IMG/VR virus record: IMGVR_UViG_3300042922_001018
DNA: 64,000 nt
From: a virus
Taxonomy: Duplodnaviria > Heunggongvirae > Uroviricota > Caudoviricetes
Strand: one strand, 5' to 3'
Shown here: piece after piece, positions 19,851 to 29,729 of the stretch
Numbering within the stretch: the stretch's first letter is position 1
Layout: each line of letters begins with the position of its first letter
Program-made: the position numbers and the translations under genes
Notes under the pieces: generated by a model
Told to the model about the DNA's origin: nothing
Databases searched by the model: none
Seen by the model: only the letters and a program-made list of their open reading frames with translations

Positions 19851-20837
19851 TCAGAACCGTTCGCCGAAGCGGTAAACGCGGGCGCTCTCCTGAAGTCCGA
19901 GACCCTTGTCCGGGTCTACGAACTCACCCCACTCGCTGTTGTTGTCGATGAGGACGGTACCGTACTCGTCGAAAAGGCCTTCGTTCTCGAAGCGGGAGAG
20001 GTAGTGACTGTAGCCACCCTCCCAGCCGGAGATGTCCTCGTACCCGTCGATGAGAGGCTTGACGGTGCCGTAGTTTCGTCCGCTCCCCTCTTCGGGCAGG
20101 TCAGTCTCGACACCGACAAGGTATGGCTCACCGTTGTATGCGTCGAAGCTCACAAGGAGTCCACGAACTTCGGGGTGGTTCTCAGCGAGGTAGCTCTCGG
20201 CTTCGTATTCGAGAAGACGGTATTCGGCACGGTTCGCGGCTGTCCGCAACGCGGAGATGTCGTTCAGGGTCACACCGCTGTCGTCAAGCGATTCGACTCG
20301 AAGCTTCTCGGTGACTCGGTTCAGTTCCGAAGAGAGCGGTTCCGGGAGTTCGGCGGCGACGATGTCGAAACCTACATGGAACTGCTGCGCGCTGTCCCAT
20401 GCCTTCTGGAGAGACTCTCCGCTCAGCTCTTCCGGGTGCTCAGGGTCGATAGCCACGGAGAGCGTTGCGTTGTTCTCCAGTGCCCAGTCCACCTTCGTCT
20501 GCGTGTTCCCGTTCGCGGGGAAGCCTTCAGGGAAGTTGGGGTCTCCTGCGGGTCTCGGAAGGTCTGCGCCGACGATGTTGAAGCGGTCACCGGGACGCCA
20601 TCCGTCCCACCACTTCTGCAACCGGGGACCAGCCAGCTCGACGGTGCCGCTGTCCACCTCCACGCGGAGAGAGGCTCCGTTGACGTATGCCCACTCGATT
20701 TTGTCTTCGTTCCGGCCGTTCACCGGGAAGCCGATGGGGTACTGTGGGGCGGCGAGCGAAACCTCAGCGGCGGCGCCGACCTTGTTCGTGAAGGTGCCGT
20801 CAGTGGAGCGGGGGTGTGCGGATTCAGAGAAGCTCAT
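19851..20837 (-). CDS. Leader-family protein with internal duplication
   Basis: MSFSESAHPRSTDGTFTNKVGAAAEVSL; GFPxNG...K[IV]xWA twice. Confidence 0.8.
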   Translation of the reverse strand: MSFSESAHPRSTDGTFTNKVGAAAEVSLAAPQYPIGFPVNGRNEDKIEWAYVNGASLRVEVDSGTVELAGPRLQKWWDGWRPGDRFNIVGADLPRPAGDPNFPEGFPANGNTQTKVDWALENNATLSVAIDPEHPEELSGESLQKAWDSAQQFHVGFDIVAAELPEPLSSELNRVTEKLRVESLDDSGVTLNDISALRTAANRAEYRLLEYEAESYLAENHPEVRGLLVSFDAYNGEPYLVGVETDLPEEGSGRNYGTVKPLIDGYEDISGWEGGYSHYLSRFENEGLFDEYGTVLIDNNSEWGEFVDPDKGLGLQESARVYRFGERF

Positions 20838-20868
20838 GCCCGGATGTAGGCGGTATCGGACGCTGTTC

Positions 20869-21570
20869 TCAGAAGTCGATGCGCCAGACGCCGCCGACCT
20901 TGCGTGACGCGATGTCTTCCAGGTCGGACTCCGTCTCGATGACGTGGCTGCTGTACTGCGAGAGTGACCGTTCGACCTGTTCCAGACCTTCGAAGCTTTC
21001 CGTCGGCGCCTCGTTCCAGACGAGCGGCTTCTGGCCGTCCACGGCGACGAGGGAGATGTCAGCGATGTCGCCGTTCTCCTTGGTTTCCACCTCGAACACG
21101 AGAGCGGTCGCGTCCGGGTAGACCTGGCGCGTCTGCTCCCCTAGAACGGCAGGAAGCTCCTTACGAAGCTGTTCTTGTGCGTCTCGGTACTGAGTCCAGA
21201 GAGCGTTGCTGCGCCCGAGGAAACGGTCGGATACGGTGGTCTCGCCTTCCGGGTCGCCGGGCATGCGTACAGCGATGACTTCGACGGGTGTCGAGTCAGA
21301 GTCGAAGAACTCGCGCGCCAGGCCCAGTCCGTTCTCTGTGACCTGATGCCGACCGATGCGCAGAGTCACCTCTGCGTCTGTGCGCAACGCCCACGCGACC
21401 TGCTCGTGCACGGGACGGTCGTGTGGGAAGTCGGCGGGGAACTGTGCCCGTAGGTCCGCGATGGTCTCATCGTAGAAGCTTGGCCCGACCGACACATCCG
21501 GCGCCGTGCCGACCTTGACCGCGAACGTGCCGTCCTTCGAGCGGGGGTGGTCTTCGGGGGTGAACGACAT
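20869..21570 (-). CDS. Leader-family protein
   Basis: MSFTPEDHPRSKDGTFAVKVGTAPDVSV; coupled start. Confidence 0.8.
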   Translation of the reverse strand: MSFTPEDHPRSKDGTFAVKVGTAPDVSVGPSFYDETIADLRAQFPADFPHDRPVHEQVAWALRTDAEVTLRIGRHQVTENGLGLAREFFDSDSTPVEVIAVRMPGDPEGETTVSDRFLGRSNALWTQYRDAQEQLRKELPAVLGEQTRQVYPDATALVFEVETKENGDIADISLVAVDGQKPLVWNEAPTESFEGLEQVERSLSQYSSHVIETESDLEDIASRKVGGVWRIDF

Positions 21571-22067
21571 CAGAACTTCATCTCCCACTGCGTGTTCGGC
21601 CCGCTGTTGCTGCGTACCGTCGCAGCTTCGTGCCAGTCGGACTCGATGTTTACGGCCTGGCTGCTGAACGTGTCGATGTCGTTCTCGATGCTCTTCAGCT
21701 TGCTGAAGTCGCCGCCGATGAAAGGCGCGCTCGCGAAGTCGAGACGTTCTGGGCCTTCCACTGCGATGAGACGCGTGCCGATGACTGTGCGTCCGTCATC
21801 GAGCGTCTCGGTCTCGAACACGAGTCCGGTGGCTTCGGGGTAGTATTCCCGAGTCCGCTCTGCGAGGACTTCAGGGAGCTGCTTGCGAAGCTCCTCCTGC
21901 TCGGTACGGTATCGCGTCCACGCCGAGCCGCTCCGGCCGAGGAACCGGTCTACGGCTGTCGTGTCGGTCACACTGATGGAGTCCAGTGTGACTTCCGGCA
22001 TTCCGCCGGTCTTCTCGGCGAACTTGCCGTCGGTCGCGCGGGGGTGCTCAGATTCAGCGAATGTCAT
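21570..22067 (-). CDS. Leader-family protein
   Basis: MTFAESEHPRATDGKFAEKTGGMPEVTL; motif at 22075. Confidence 0.8.
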   Translation of the reverse strand: MTFAESEHPRATDGKFAEKTGGMPEVTLDSISVTDTTAVDRFLGRSGSAWTRYRTEQEELRKQLPEVLAERTREYYPEATGLVFETETLDDGRTVIGTRLIAVEGPERLDFASAPFIGGDFSKLKSIENDIDTFSSQAVNIESDWHEAATVRSNSGPNTQWEMKF

Positions 22068-22348
22068 GACCTTGTGTAGGCGGAGCGCGTGTTGGCTGCG
22101 AGGGCTACCATGCCGGAGCCATCCACAGTTACCTGGCCGGAGGACTTCGCGTAGGTGAGGCCGTATTTGACCTGAGACATGGGAAGACGGAAGGACTTCG
22201 CAACCCGGTCGAAGAAGTCGGTGAGCCGCATCGGGTGACCGACGGTCACAAGCACTTCGACGATGTTCCCGGCTAGCTCGCCTAGGCGCGCCAATCGTGC
22301 TTCGTAGTGCATGTATTCGATGCCGTCAGGTACGCGGTTTCCCGTCAT
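22064..22348 (-). CDS. Hypothetical protein, possibly winged helix
   Basis: 94 aa; helix-helix-beta hairpin pattern. Confidence 0.55.
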   Translation of the reverse strand: MTGNRVPDGIEYMHYEARLARLGELAGNIVEVLVTVGHPMRLTDFFDRVAKSFRLPMSQVKYGLTYAKSSGQVTVDGSGMVALAANTRSAYTRS

Positions 22349-22375
22349 ACTCCGATGGTATCAGAAGCCTTCGGG

Positions 22376-23401
22376 TCAGTCGTTCTCGGCGACGTTGGTG
22401 ACCTTGTTGTCGCTGCGGTACGCGCTCTTGACGACGCCCGCTACCTCATCCCAGGAGCCGTAGCCACGCTGTGCGTCGAGCCGGACGGGGCTGTCTGGGG
22501 AGATGCGGGAGGTGATGGTGCCTTCGAGCTTCGCGTCCATGCCCCGCCCGTTCCACGGGTCGATGAGGAGGATGTACGGGTCGGTGAGCTGCACATCGCG
22601 CGCCGCGTCACGGTACGGCGAAGAGCCGGACATGCCGTATTCCTTCACGTCGTCGGTGGAGAGGATGCGAAGCTTCCACTGCTCGGATGCCTGGTGCTCG
22701 AAGTCGAGGCTGTTCTCGTTGATGAGCGTGGCGATGGCTTCACGGTTCGTGTCGTTCATCTCCAGGCCAGCGTCAGTGAGGGTCTTCTCGAAGACGGCCG
22801 TGATAGCCTTCCGGCGCTCGTCTTCGTCTTCCTCATCGGATGCTTCGCTGAGCGCGACGCCGAAGTCATCGTCATCTGTGACCGGGAACTGCATCAGCTT
22901 GCTCCGGGTAGCGCCAATGAGACCGTCCAGGATGTTGCTGTCGTCGTGCTCACGCACCCAGTCCTTCAGCTCGTCCTGGGTGTCGTAGTCGAGGTCATCC
23001 CATTCGTCGCTTCCGACGATGCCCTTGGCCAGCTCTTCGATGTACTCGAAGTCGTTGTCTTCGTCACCGATGACGTTCTCGTCAAGGGTCTCGTCGTCGC
23101 CGGTAAGGTAGGCATCAGCAGACTCATCGCTGAGTTCCTCGCCCTGGCTGATGTAGCGGATGGTAGGCTTCCACATCGGCGACTCCATGTGCTTCGCGGC
23201 GTTGGCCGCAGCGTCCGGGTAGTCCTCCAGAAGCTCATGAAGCTGCTCGTTCGCAGACTCCCATTCCGCGTTCGGCGCCGGGTTGGCCGCGATGATGGGG
23301 ATGGGCTGAGTCGGGATGAGAGCGATTTCGGGGCCAGCGCCGAGCTTCTCGGCGAACTGTCCGTTGGTAGCGCGAGGGTGTGCGGCGGTGTCGAAAGTCA
23401 T
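22376..23401 (-). CDS. Leader-family acidic protein
   Basis: MTFDTAAHPRATNGQFAEKLGAGPEIAL; motif at 23409. Confidence 0.8.
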   Translation of the reverse strand: MTFDTAAHPRATNGQFAEKLGAGPEIALIPTQPIPIIAANPAPNAEWESANEQLHELLEDYPDAAANAAKHMESPMWKPTIRYISQGEELSDESADAYLTGDDETLDENVIGDEDNDFEYIEELAKGIVGSDEWDDLDYDTQDELKDWVREHDDSNILDGLIGATRSKLMQFPVTDDDDFGVALSEASDEEDEDERRKAITAVFEKTLTDAGLEMNDTNREAIATLINENSLDFEHQASEQWKLRILSTDDVKEYGMSGSSPYRDAARDVQLTDPYILLIDPWNGRGMDAKLEGTITSRISPDSPVRLDAQRGYGSWDEVAGVVKSAYRSDNKVTNVAEND

Positions 23402-23967
23402 GCCTGCGTGTAGGCGGCGGTACGCACCCGAATCCACAACGCGATGGTCTCGTAGACCGAGATGAAGCTGCACTCGACGAAGCCGCGCGGGATAGAACTG
23501 AGGTCATAGAACAAGCAGGGGTCCATCTCGCCTGCCCGTGGGCCGCGAGCGACAACACGCTCCATCTCTACGGGCGCTACGTCAGGGAACGCACGGCGCA
23601 TCGCCCGGATGGACCGCTCGTTGTATGGACGAATGAGAGCCGCGAGAGGGAGTCCGAGGTCGCGCGCAGCTTCGGCGACTGCTCGCTTCAATGGCGCGTT
23701 GATGCCGGACCCTCGATAGGCGGGTGTGAGGACAGTCGTCGTCTGGTAGTGGGCGTGGCCGTTCACGGGAGCGAGAGCGAACAGACCGGCGTACTCGTCG
23801 CCCACCTGGATGCCCCAGAGACCAGGCTTCTCTGTTATGTGGTCGAGGTACTCACCGAATGTGTCGCATCCAGCGACCGGAGCGTCGTAGCCGTCTTTCA
23901 GACGTGCGAAAAGCGCTTCCTTGTCAGCTTTCGAGATGAGCGAGAACCGGCGTAGCTTCACTGTCAT
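23398..23967 (-). CDS. GNAT acetyltransferase
   Basis: LTPAYRGSGIN acetyl-CoA motif; NERSIRAM; CCGCCTACA upstream but no leader. Confidence 0.8.
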   Translation of the reverse strand: MTVKLRRFSLISKADKEALFARLKDGYDAPVAGCDTFGEYLDHITEKPGLWGIQVGDEYAGLFALAPVNGHAHYQTTTVLTPAYRGSGINAPLKRAVAEAARDLGLPLAALIRPYNERSIRAMRRAFPDVAPVEMERVVARGPRAGEMDPCLFYDLSSIPRGFVECSFISVYETIALWIRVRTAAYTQA

Positions 23968-24007
23968 GAGCGCCTGTAGGCGGAGAAATCCGCCCGTAAC
24001 ACAGGGG

Positions 24008-24208
24008 TTACGTCGGCGTCACGGTGAGCAGCTTGCACCCTCGTCCGCACTCGGAGAAGTTCTGGAAGGTCGCTGCGAGAGCGGCGTTTCCACGGTGATG
24101 CTGCACGAACCGGTGTACGGGCGTGTCGCTGGGCAGACCTTGGTCCTTGCAGTGCTTCTCGTACTCTTCGAGGAGCGCGAGGGCGCGCTGGATGCGATGT
24201 TCGCTCAT
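24008..24208 (-). CDS. Hypothetical protein
   Basis: Small ORF in operon. Confidence 0.5.
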   Translation of the reverse strand: MSEHRIQRALALLEEYEKHCKDQGLPSDTPVHRFVQHHRGNAALAATFQNFSECGRGCKLLTVTPT

Positions 24209-24216
24209 GGTCGGCC

Positions 24217-24546
24217 TCAGAGGTTGTTGAACTCGACGCCGAGGTCCGGGTACCGGACGGTAGCCGGGTTCTCACGCAGCTCTTCATCCGTTTCCAGGCC
24301 GAGAGCCTGGCCGAGGAAATACTTCATGCCGTACGCCGCGGCCAGCGGGTCGTATCCGTTCCCGAAGGACTTCAGTCGGACAGCGCGTACGGCGCCGATG
24401 ACTTCGTTGCGTTCCTCGACCATCCGGGAGAGTTCGGCGACTCGCGCGTCGTTGAACAGACGCGCGACATCTACGGCCTTGTCTGCATCTTCGGGAGAGA
24501 GACCGGCCTTGATGAGTTCATCGCGGAGGAAGGGGACTCGTGGCAT
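24217..24546 (-). CDS. Hypothetical protein
   Basis: TAGGAT-6-ATG. Confidence 0.65.
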   Translation of the reverse strand: MPRVPFLRDELIKAGLSPEDADKAVDVARLFNDARVAELSRMVEERNEVIGAVRAVRLKSFGNGYDPLAAAYGMKYFLGQALGLETDEELRENPATVRYPDLGVEFNNL

Positions 24547-24561
24547 GGGTCCATCCTAGCA

Positions 24562-24762
24562 TCACTCGTATCGCGAAACAAGCGGGCCTTGCGTGTCATG
24601 CTCAGAGGCGTATTGAGGGGCAAGAACTAGTGCGACGGGGACCAGCTCGATGACCCCATTCGGCTTGACGGTGACACGGTATGTGTCATGGTCAGCGTAG
24701 CGCCCTAGAGAGATGCGCGCACGCTCGTCTAGGGACACCACCCCTCTGCTCCGCTTAGCCAC
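24562..24762 (-). CDS. Small AbrB/MraZ-like protein
   Basis: SLDERARISLG...VKPNGVIELVP; TAGACT-6-GTG. Confidence 0.5.
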   Translation of the reverse strand: MAKRSRGVVSLDERARISLGRYADHDTYRVTVKPNGVIELVPVALVLAPQYASEHDTQGPLVSRYE

Positions 24763-24793
24763 TGGCTGAGTCTACCATACGCCGAATCGGCGG

Positions 24794-26479
24794 TCAGTCC
24801 ACGTGGTAGGCAGCGTAAACAGCATACCCGCCTGCTGTGCCGACGAGAACCTCATCGGTATCGAAACTGAAGTCGTCCTCGTCCTTTTCCTCATCCGGGA
24901 CTGAACCGTCATCGTTCAGCTTCTTGAAGATGAACATGATGTCAACGATTTCGGTGTACGCGGCCTCACCGGCCCAGTCGTCGAAGCAGTAGGGCTGTTC
25001 CTCTCCGTGGTCCCGTGCTTCGAGGCTGCCGCGCTTGGTCTGACGCATGCTGACAGACGGGAACTCACGCTTGCAGAACTCGAAGTCACCGTCCCGGCGC
25101 AGTTTTGCGTTGACGACGATGTTCTTCCGGTTGCTGCTCAGGCGCACGGAGATGGACGCCGGGTCAATCTCCTCGAAGCCCTTGAAGACGGGGGTATGTC
25201 CCGCAATCCACATCTCGTGGCCGTCTTCGTGTTCTTCGATGTCCTCCAGCGGGATACGGTACTCGTGCTCGTACGCGTTGTTCTCGTACGAGCGCACCTG
25301 GACGTCCAGGTAGACGTAGTGCTTCTTGCCACCGTGAGTGAAGGTGTGGACCGGCTTCTTGCCTGCCGAAGAGAACGCCTGAGCGTCTCGGCCTTCCAGC
25401 TTGTATTCCGAGACGAGGAGCGCGAACTGATGATGAGCGACATCCGAGGCGCCAGGGGCGAACTCCTCATCGGTTGCGGTCAGGCCGTCTGAGATGTCAG
25501 GGACCGGCTCGACACGGCGGTATTTGGTCGTGAACTGCGGAACCGCGCGCAGAGGCTCGGCCGTGCGGACCGTCTCGAAGTCGATGACCAGCTTCTCGGC
25601 TGTCGCATCGAACGTGACGACGGGTTTGCCTTGGACTGCGTAGCCGTTCAACGGTATACGACCACCGTGAGTGCGGTGGCCGTTCCCGATGTCATGGGCG
25701 ATGGCATCGAAGTAGCCCTGGAGGCCGACACGGAAACGCTGCGAGAACGTGCCGTCTGCGTTCTTACCGAGGTGCTCGACTTCGGGCGCCGATGCGGATT
25801 TTGCTTTGAAGTTCGCCGATGCCGGAACGGGAACCGGTTCCGAGATGATGACCATGCCGTTTCCCAAGTCGCGTGCGGTGGAACCAGGCGCGAACTGGGA
25901 CGGGGTGACCGGCGTCAGGTTCTCGTCGATAATCCCGAGGACGGCTTCGAGAGGCTGGGCGGTGCGTTCCTCGACGTAAGCGTAGAACGCTTTGCCGTCT
26001 CGGTAGAACGTCAGCAGCGGCTCCTTGTAGGCGAAGCCGGGGATTTCTTTCTCTTCGTCCCGGACGACAACGAACAACGACTCGCCCTTCGACGGGGTTG
26101 CCGTCGGCTGCCATTCCGCGCTCTGCGGGTCCACTCCCTCAGCGATGTCAGGGACAGCCACCATCTTGCGTTCACCGTGCGCGACAGTACGAGCGCGTGA
26201 CGTGTAGATATCGCCACGGGCGGCGGGCTTCGAGGGCACGAGGTCGGCATCAGCCACCTCCGCCGGGATGCCGAGGAGCGTGAGCGGTTCATCGGTGCGC
26301 TCGACGGTGAACGCGACGTACAGCACCTCGTCCTTGCGGTCGTACTGCGCGGTGAGACCGCGAAGGTCGGTGTAACCGGTCAGCGGGATGGCTCCACCAT
26401 ACAGCGACTCAGGTGCTTTGTGGCGCGCGCCGAAGAAGGCGTGCAGCGGGATGCCGAGCTTTTTACCGTAGCGTTGCAT
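24794..26479 (-). CDS. Hypothetical protein with internal repeats
   Basis: GGxIPLxGY...RTxEPL...VPDIxxG units repeated. Confidence 0.75.
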   Translation of the reverse strand: MQRYGKKLGIPLHAFFGARHKAPESLYGGAIPLTGYTDLRGLTAQYDRKDEVLYVAFTVERTDEPLTLLGIPAEVADADLVPSKPAARGDIYTSRARTVAHGERKMVAVPDIAEGVDPQSAEWQPTATPSKGESLFVVVRDEEKEIPGFAYKEPLLTFYRDGKAFYAYVEERTAQPLEAVLGIIDENLTPVTPSQFAPGSTARDLGNGMVIISEPVPVPASANFKAKSASAPEVEHLGKNADGTFSQRFRVGLQGYFDAIAHDIGNGHRTHGGRIPLNGYAVQGKPVVTFDATAEKLVIDFETVRTAEPLRAVPQFTTKYRRVEPVPDISDGLTATDEEFAPGASDVAHHQFALLVSEYKLEGRDAQAFSSAGKKPVHTFTHGGKKHYVYLDVQVRSYENNAYEHEYRIPLEDIEEHEDGHEMWIAGHTPVFKGFEEIDPASISVRLSSNRKNIVVNAKLRRDGDFEFCKREFPSVSMRQTKRGSLEARDHGEEQPYCFDDWAGEAAYTEIVDIMFIFKKLNDDGSVPDEEKDEDDFSFDTDEVLVGTAGGYAVYAAYHVD

Positions 26480-26568
26480 GGATGTCTTCCGGTTCTCGTC
26501 TCAGGAAGAGACGGCTTCACGACGAGTGTATCGTGAAGCCGTCTCTCTTGTCAAGCCGTCAGGCAGAC

Positions 26569-26952
26569 TTACCAGGCCTTCTCAGCCGCGCGGACGGTCT
26601 TCTTGTAGAGGCGTCCGTTCTTCCCGTACGGGTCGAGTACGTCTTTCAGCAGCTCGAAGGCGAGGTCGCGGCGGGATGCCACGACTACGTCGTTCTTGGC
26701 GAACCACCAGTTGTTCGGGACCGGGATGCTCGCGGTATCGAGCGAAGCAATCACTTCGTCCGAGACGGAATTCTCTTCCTGGTGTTCAACCGCCCATCGC
26801 GAGATGTGCTCGCGGTGAGGTTCGATGTGGACGCCGAAGATGTAGAGAGACCCGACCCGCTCAACTTCGACGCGCTTCGCGGAGCGGAGCTTCATCAGGT
26901 TGCTTTCCTCGAAGTTCGCGCGTGTGGCGAACGGGAAATCGGTGGTTGTCAT
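26569..26952 (-). CDS. Hypothetical protein
   Basis: AAGGAG RBS before MTTTDF. Confidence 0.65.
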   Translation of the reverse strand: MTTTDFPFATRANFEESNLMKLRSAKRVEVERVGSLYIFGVHIEPHREHISRWAVEHQEENSVSDEVIASLDTASIPVPNNWWFAKNDVVVASRRDLAFELLKDVLDPYGKNGRLYKKTVRAAEKAW

Positions 26953-26990
26953 CGTTCTCTCCTTCAGTTGTGTGCTGTGCCTGACGGGTG

Positions 26991-27197
26991 TCAGGGCACC
27001 GTACCCTGGACCGGAGCGGTGGGCACCGGCTGGGGGACGACCTGGGGGACGAGCGCGGGGCCGAGTGTGAACGCGAGCGCGAAGATAACCAGCGCGACGA
27101 TGACCCATACGATGATACGCAGGAGCCTCTGTCGTGCTGTGTTCTCCTCCCCTTCAGGGGGAAGGAACACTCCGCTACGCTTGCTCTTCTTAGCCAT
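26991..27197 (-). CDS. Small membrane protein
   Basis: One TM; TAGACT-6-ATG. Confidence 0.65.
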   Translation of the reverse strand: MAKKSKRSGVFLPPEGEENTARQRLLRIIVWVIVALVIFALAFTLGPALVPQVVPQPVPTAPVQGTVP

Positions 27198-27214
27198 GGC
27201 GCCAGTCTACACTA

Positions 27215-28096
27215 TTACTTCGCACGCGAGCTGCGAGTTGCCGTAGCCGTTTTCTTCCCGGTGGCGGCGGTTGCGCGCTTGGTGGTACCGTTCGCTCCGA
27301 TAGCCCCATTGGTCCGTTTCGCTGCGGCTCGGGCGGGCTTCTTGCGGGTAGCGGTGCCGCCCGCCTTGGGAGCGGGCGCTTTGCGCGGTGCACGCGGAGC
27401 TTTCGCGCTCTCCTGGGTGGTGCCGATGTGCCATTGCGGCTTCGACGACGGAGACAGATAGTCGAGGGGTTCGGAGAGAGCTGCCACCCGAGCGAACTCT
27501 TTCAGGTACTCCGCGGCAACGGCCGGGTCATGAATCTCGATGGCGTTCTCAATGCTGGACGACGCGTTGACCGTCCAGTTGAATGAGCCGGTCCATACGG
27601 CGGTCGGCTTGCCGCCCGTGAGACGTACTGCGAACTTGTGGTGCATCAGCGGAGAGTTCTGCACGCGGGCGCCTGTGTGACCGACGCAGCGTACCGGGTC
27701 GATGATGTCGCTGCGCGTCTGGTACATCCGGTTGAGTGGCTCCGGGAAGTCGCGGCGCCGGAGGCCACCGACGAGACGCGTCAGGCTCTCCCGCTGCCGG
27801 GCGGCGGAGACGCGGCCGGTCGGCTTCAGGAAGGGTTCCTTGTTGACGATGAGCGCGACGGGGCGCTGCGAGAGCAGGTCGATGAAGTCTCTTGCCGATA
27901 CCCAGGCGATGCAGCCGACGATTGCTTCGGACTCCGCGATGAACTTCATCAGCGCGGGGCGAAGGTCACCGAAGTGGGTGACTACCTTGGCGGGCTTGAC
28001 GTGCGTGGTGTCGCGGTGCCGCTCGAACCAGTCGTAGTCACTGCGCTCCTTCGAAGTCGGCGAGACATTGTTCAGGTCGTACATCATGCGTGGCAC
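27215..28096 (-). CDS. Phospholipase D-family (single HKD-type) nuclease-like protein
   Basis: MHHKF...WTGSFNWT...SIEN; Lys/Ala-rich tail. Confidence 0.8.
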   Translation of the reverse strand: MPRMMYDLNNVSPTSKERSDYDWFERHRDTTHVKPAKVVTHFGDLRPALMKFIAESEAIVGCIAWVSARDFIDLLSQRPVALIVNKEPFLKPTGRVSAARQRESLTRLVGGLRRRDFPEPLNRMYQTRSDIIDPVRCVGHTGARVQNSPLMHHKFAVRLTGGKPTAVWTGSFNWTVNASSSIENAIEIHDPAVAAEYLKEFARVAALSEPLDYLSPSSKPQWHIGTTQESAKAPRAPRKAPAPKAGGTATRKKPARAAAKRTNGAIGANGTTKRATAATGKKTATATRSSRAK

Positions 28097-28120
28097 TAGG
28101 CCAGCATATCAACCGACCCG

Positions 28121-28453
28121 TCAGGTGCCGGACGCGGGGAACCGTTCTTCCCACTGTGCGAAGGTGTACCGGTTCACTGTCACCTTGTCCACAGCCTCAC
28201 GCGCCTTCTCCAGCGCTTCCTCGAACGTGTTCCAGCGATACTGCCGGAACTGGTACCGCTCGGGCCATGCCCAGTTGCCCGCTCGCGAGAGCCACTGCGA
28301 ACCGTGCTTGACGGCGTAGCCCCCGGCTCCGTCCTCCGTCTTGTTGCCCCGCCACTCAACGATGAGAGCGAAGGCATGAGCTTCATGATGGTCGATGGGC
28401 ATGCCCGTGGGCAGCACCATGTACTGCTTGATGATTTCAGCTCGTTCGCTCAT
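28121..28453 (-). CDS. Hypothetical protein
   Basis: Coupled ORF. Confidence 0.65.
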   Translation of the reverse strand: MSERAEIIKQYMVLPTGMPIDHHEAHAFALIVEWRGNKTEDGAGGYAVKHGSQWLSRAGNWAWPERYQFRQYRWNTFEEALEKAREAVDKVTVNRYTFAQWEERFPASGT

Positions 28454-29094
28454 AGCAGGCTCGCTCCTAGTTCAGCCGGGATGCCTTCATGGTACAGCCG
28501 CACTACGGTCTTCGCGTTCTCTCGGTTCAGGGCTGCCCTGGGGAGAAGAGATGCGGCGTAATCGCTGGGGACGTTCGCCTCGTTCAACGTCATGACAGCG
28601 AGTGCCTCTTCAGGCTGAGCAACGGGGCGGCGCTGCCAGCTCTCGTGCATCACATCGCAGGCGTACACAGGTGAGACCGTCGCGTTCATCTGGACGTAGA
28701 ACGCGCGCCAACCCTCGTCTTCGAGCTGCTGCAAGAGGCCGTACAGTTTGTTCCGACGCTGGCAGAGGCTCTGGTGGAACCGTCGGCCCAGGTACTCAGC
28801 CTCCAGTTCGGCTTGCGAAATCCATGACGAAGAACTGAGGAATGCTTTCAGCCGCGCAGTCGCAGACCGCACATTCCCGATGGCTGTCGCATCGTCGTGA
28901 GTGGGGAGTACCGAGACGACTTCGGGAGCTTCGAGCAAGCCGTAACCCGCATACCGGCGCGCGACCACGGATAGACCATGTAAGCGTGAGAAGGCGCGCT
29001 CGCGTACAGTGTCATTCACCCCGGTGAACGCGACGGTGACATCGAGCAGCATCGCGTACCATTCCGCGACGAGGCTAGTGTAGGCCTTGTTCAT
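28450..29094 (-). CDS. GIPxEY family protein
   Basis: ANVPSDYA...EGIPAELG. Confidence 0.7.
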   Translation of the reverse strand: MNKAYTSLVAEWYAMLLDVTVAFTGVNDTVRERAFSRLHGLSVVARRYAGYGLLEAPEVVSVLPTHDDATAIGNVRSATARLKAFLSSSSWISQAELEAEYLGRRFHQSLCQRRNKLYGLLQQLEDEGWRAFYVQMNATVSPVYACDVMHESWQRRPVAQPEEALAVMTLNEANVPSDYAASLLPRAALNRENAKTVVRLYHEGIPAELGASLL

Positions 29095-29729
29095 GCAATG
29101 CTCGCAGCGAACTCTGCGGGGATGCCTTCCGCATACATCGCTTTCATCTGAGCGAGCTTCTCTTCGATGACGAGAGACTCGGGCGAGATGACACTGGCGA
29201 TGTAACCGGCCGGGATACCCGCAGCATACAGGTCTATGATGGCCTGGGCCTGTCCAGGCGTTGCCAGCGGGCGAGTCTGCGGACTTTTGCCGAGGATGGT
29301 GGCGTAGAACTCAGTGGGGATGGTGCCTTCCATCTCGTATCGCAGCATGTTGACGTGGCGAAGGTCTTTGCGGAGTTGGAAGAGCTTGTTCCAGCGGAGG
29401 TCGAGCTTCCGTTGGAAGTCGTATCGGCCAGGCCCGTGAACGTCGCTGGGGTACTCGACATAGCTTCCAGCGCTGATGACCGCATTCAGCCGTTCCAGGG
29501 CGTTAGAAGCCATCTGGGCGGCTCCTGCGGCTGGAATCTTCCCCATATCCTTCCTCGTTGTGAGAATAGGGGTGTGCAGCTCATCACGGTACTCGTTGCT
29601 GAGGCGCCCCAGACTGGCAGCGCGGGCTAAGACGTTCACGCGCTGACTGTCACTGGCTGAGCCGAAGACCCAGGCCACATGGATGAGCGTGCGGTGGCAG
29701 TCGATGAGGTAAGCGTTCAGCTCAGTCAC
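29091..29729 (-). CDS. GIPxEY family protein
   Basis: AGIPAGYI...EGIPAEFA. Confidence 0.7.
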   Translation of the reverse strand: MTELNAYLIDCHRTLIHVAWVFGSASDSQRVNVLARAASLGRLSNEYRDELHTPILTTRKDMGKIPAAGAAQMASNALERLNAVISAGSYVEYPSDVHGPGRYDFQRKLDLRWNKLFQLRKDLRHVNMLRYEMEGTIPTEFYATILGKSPQTRPLATPGQAQAIIDLYAAGIPAGYIASVISPESLVIEEKLAQMKAMYAEGIPAEFAASIA

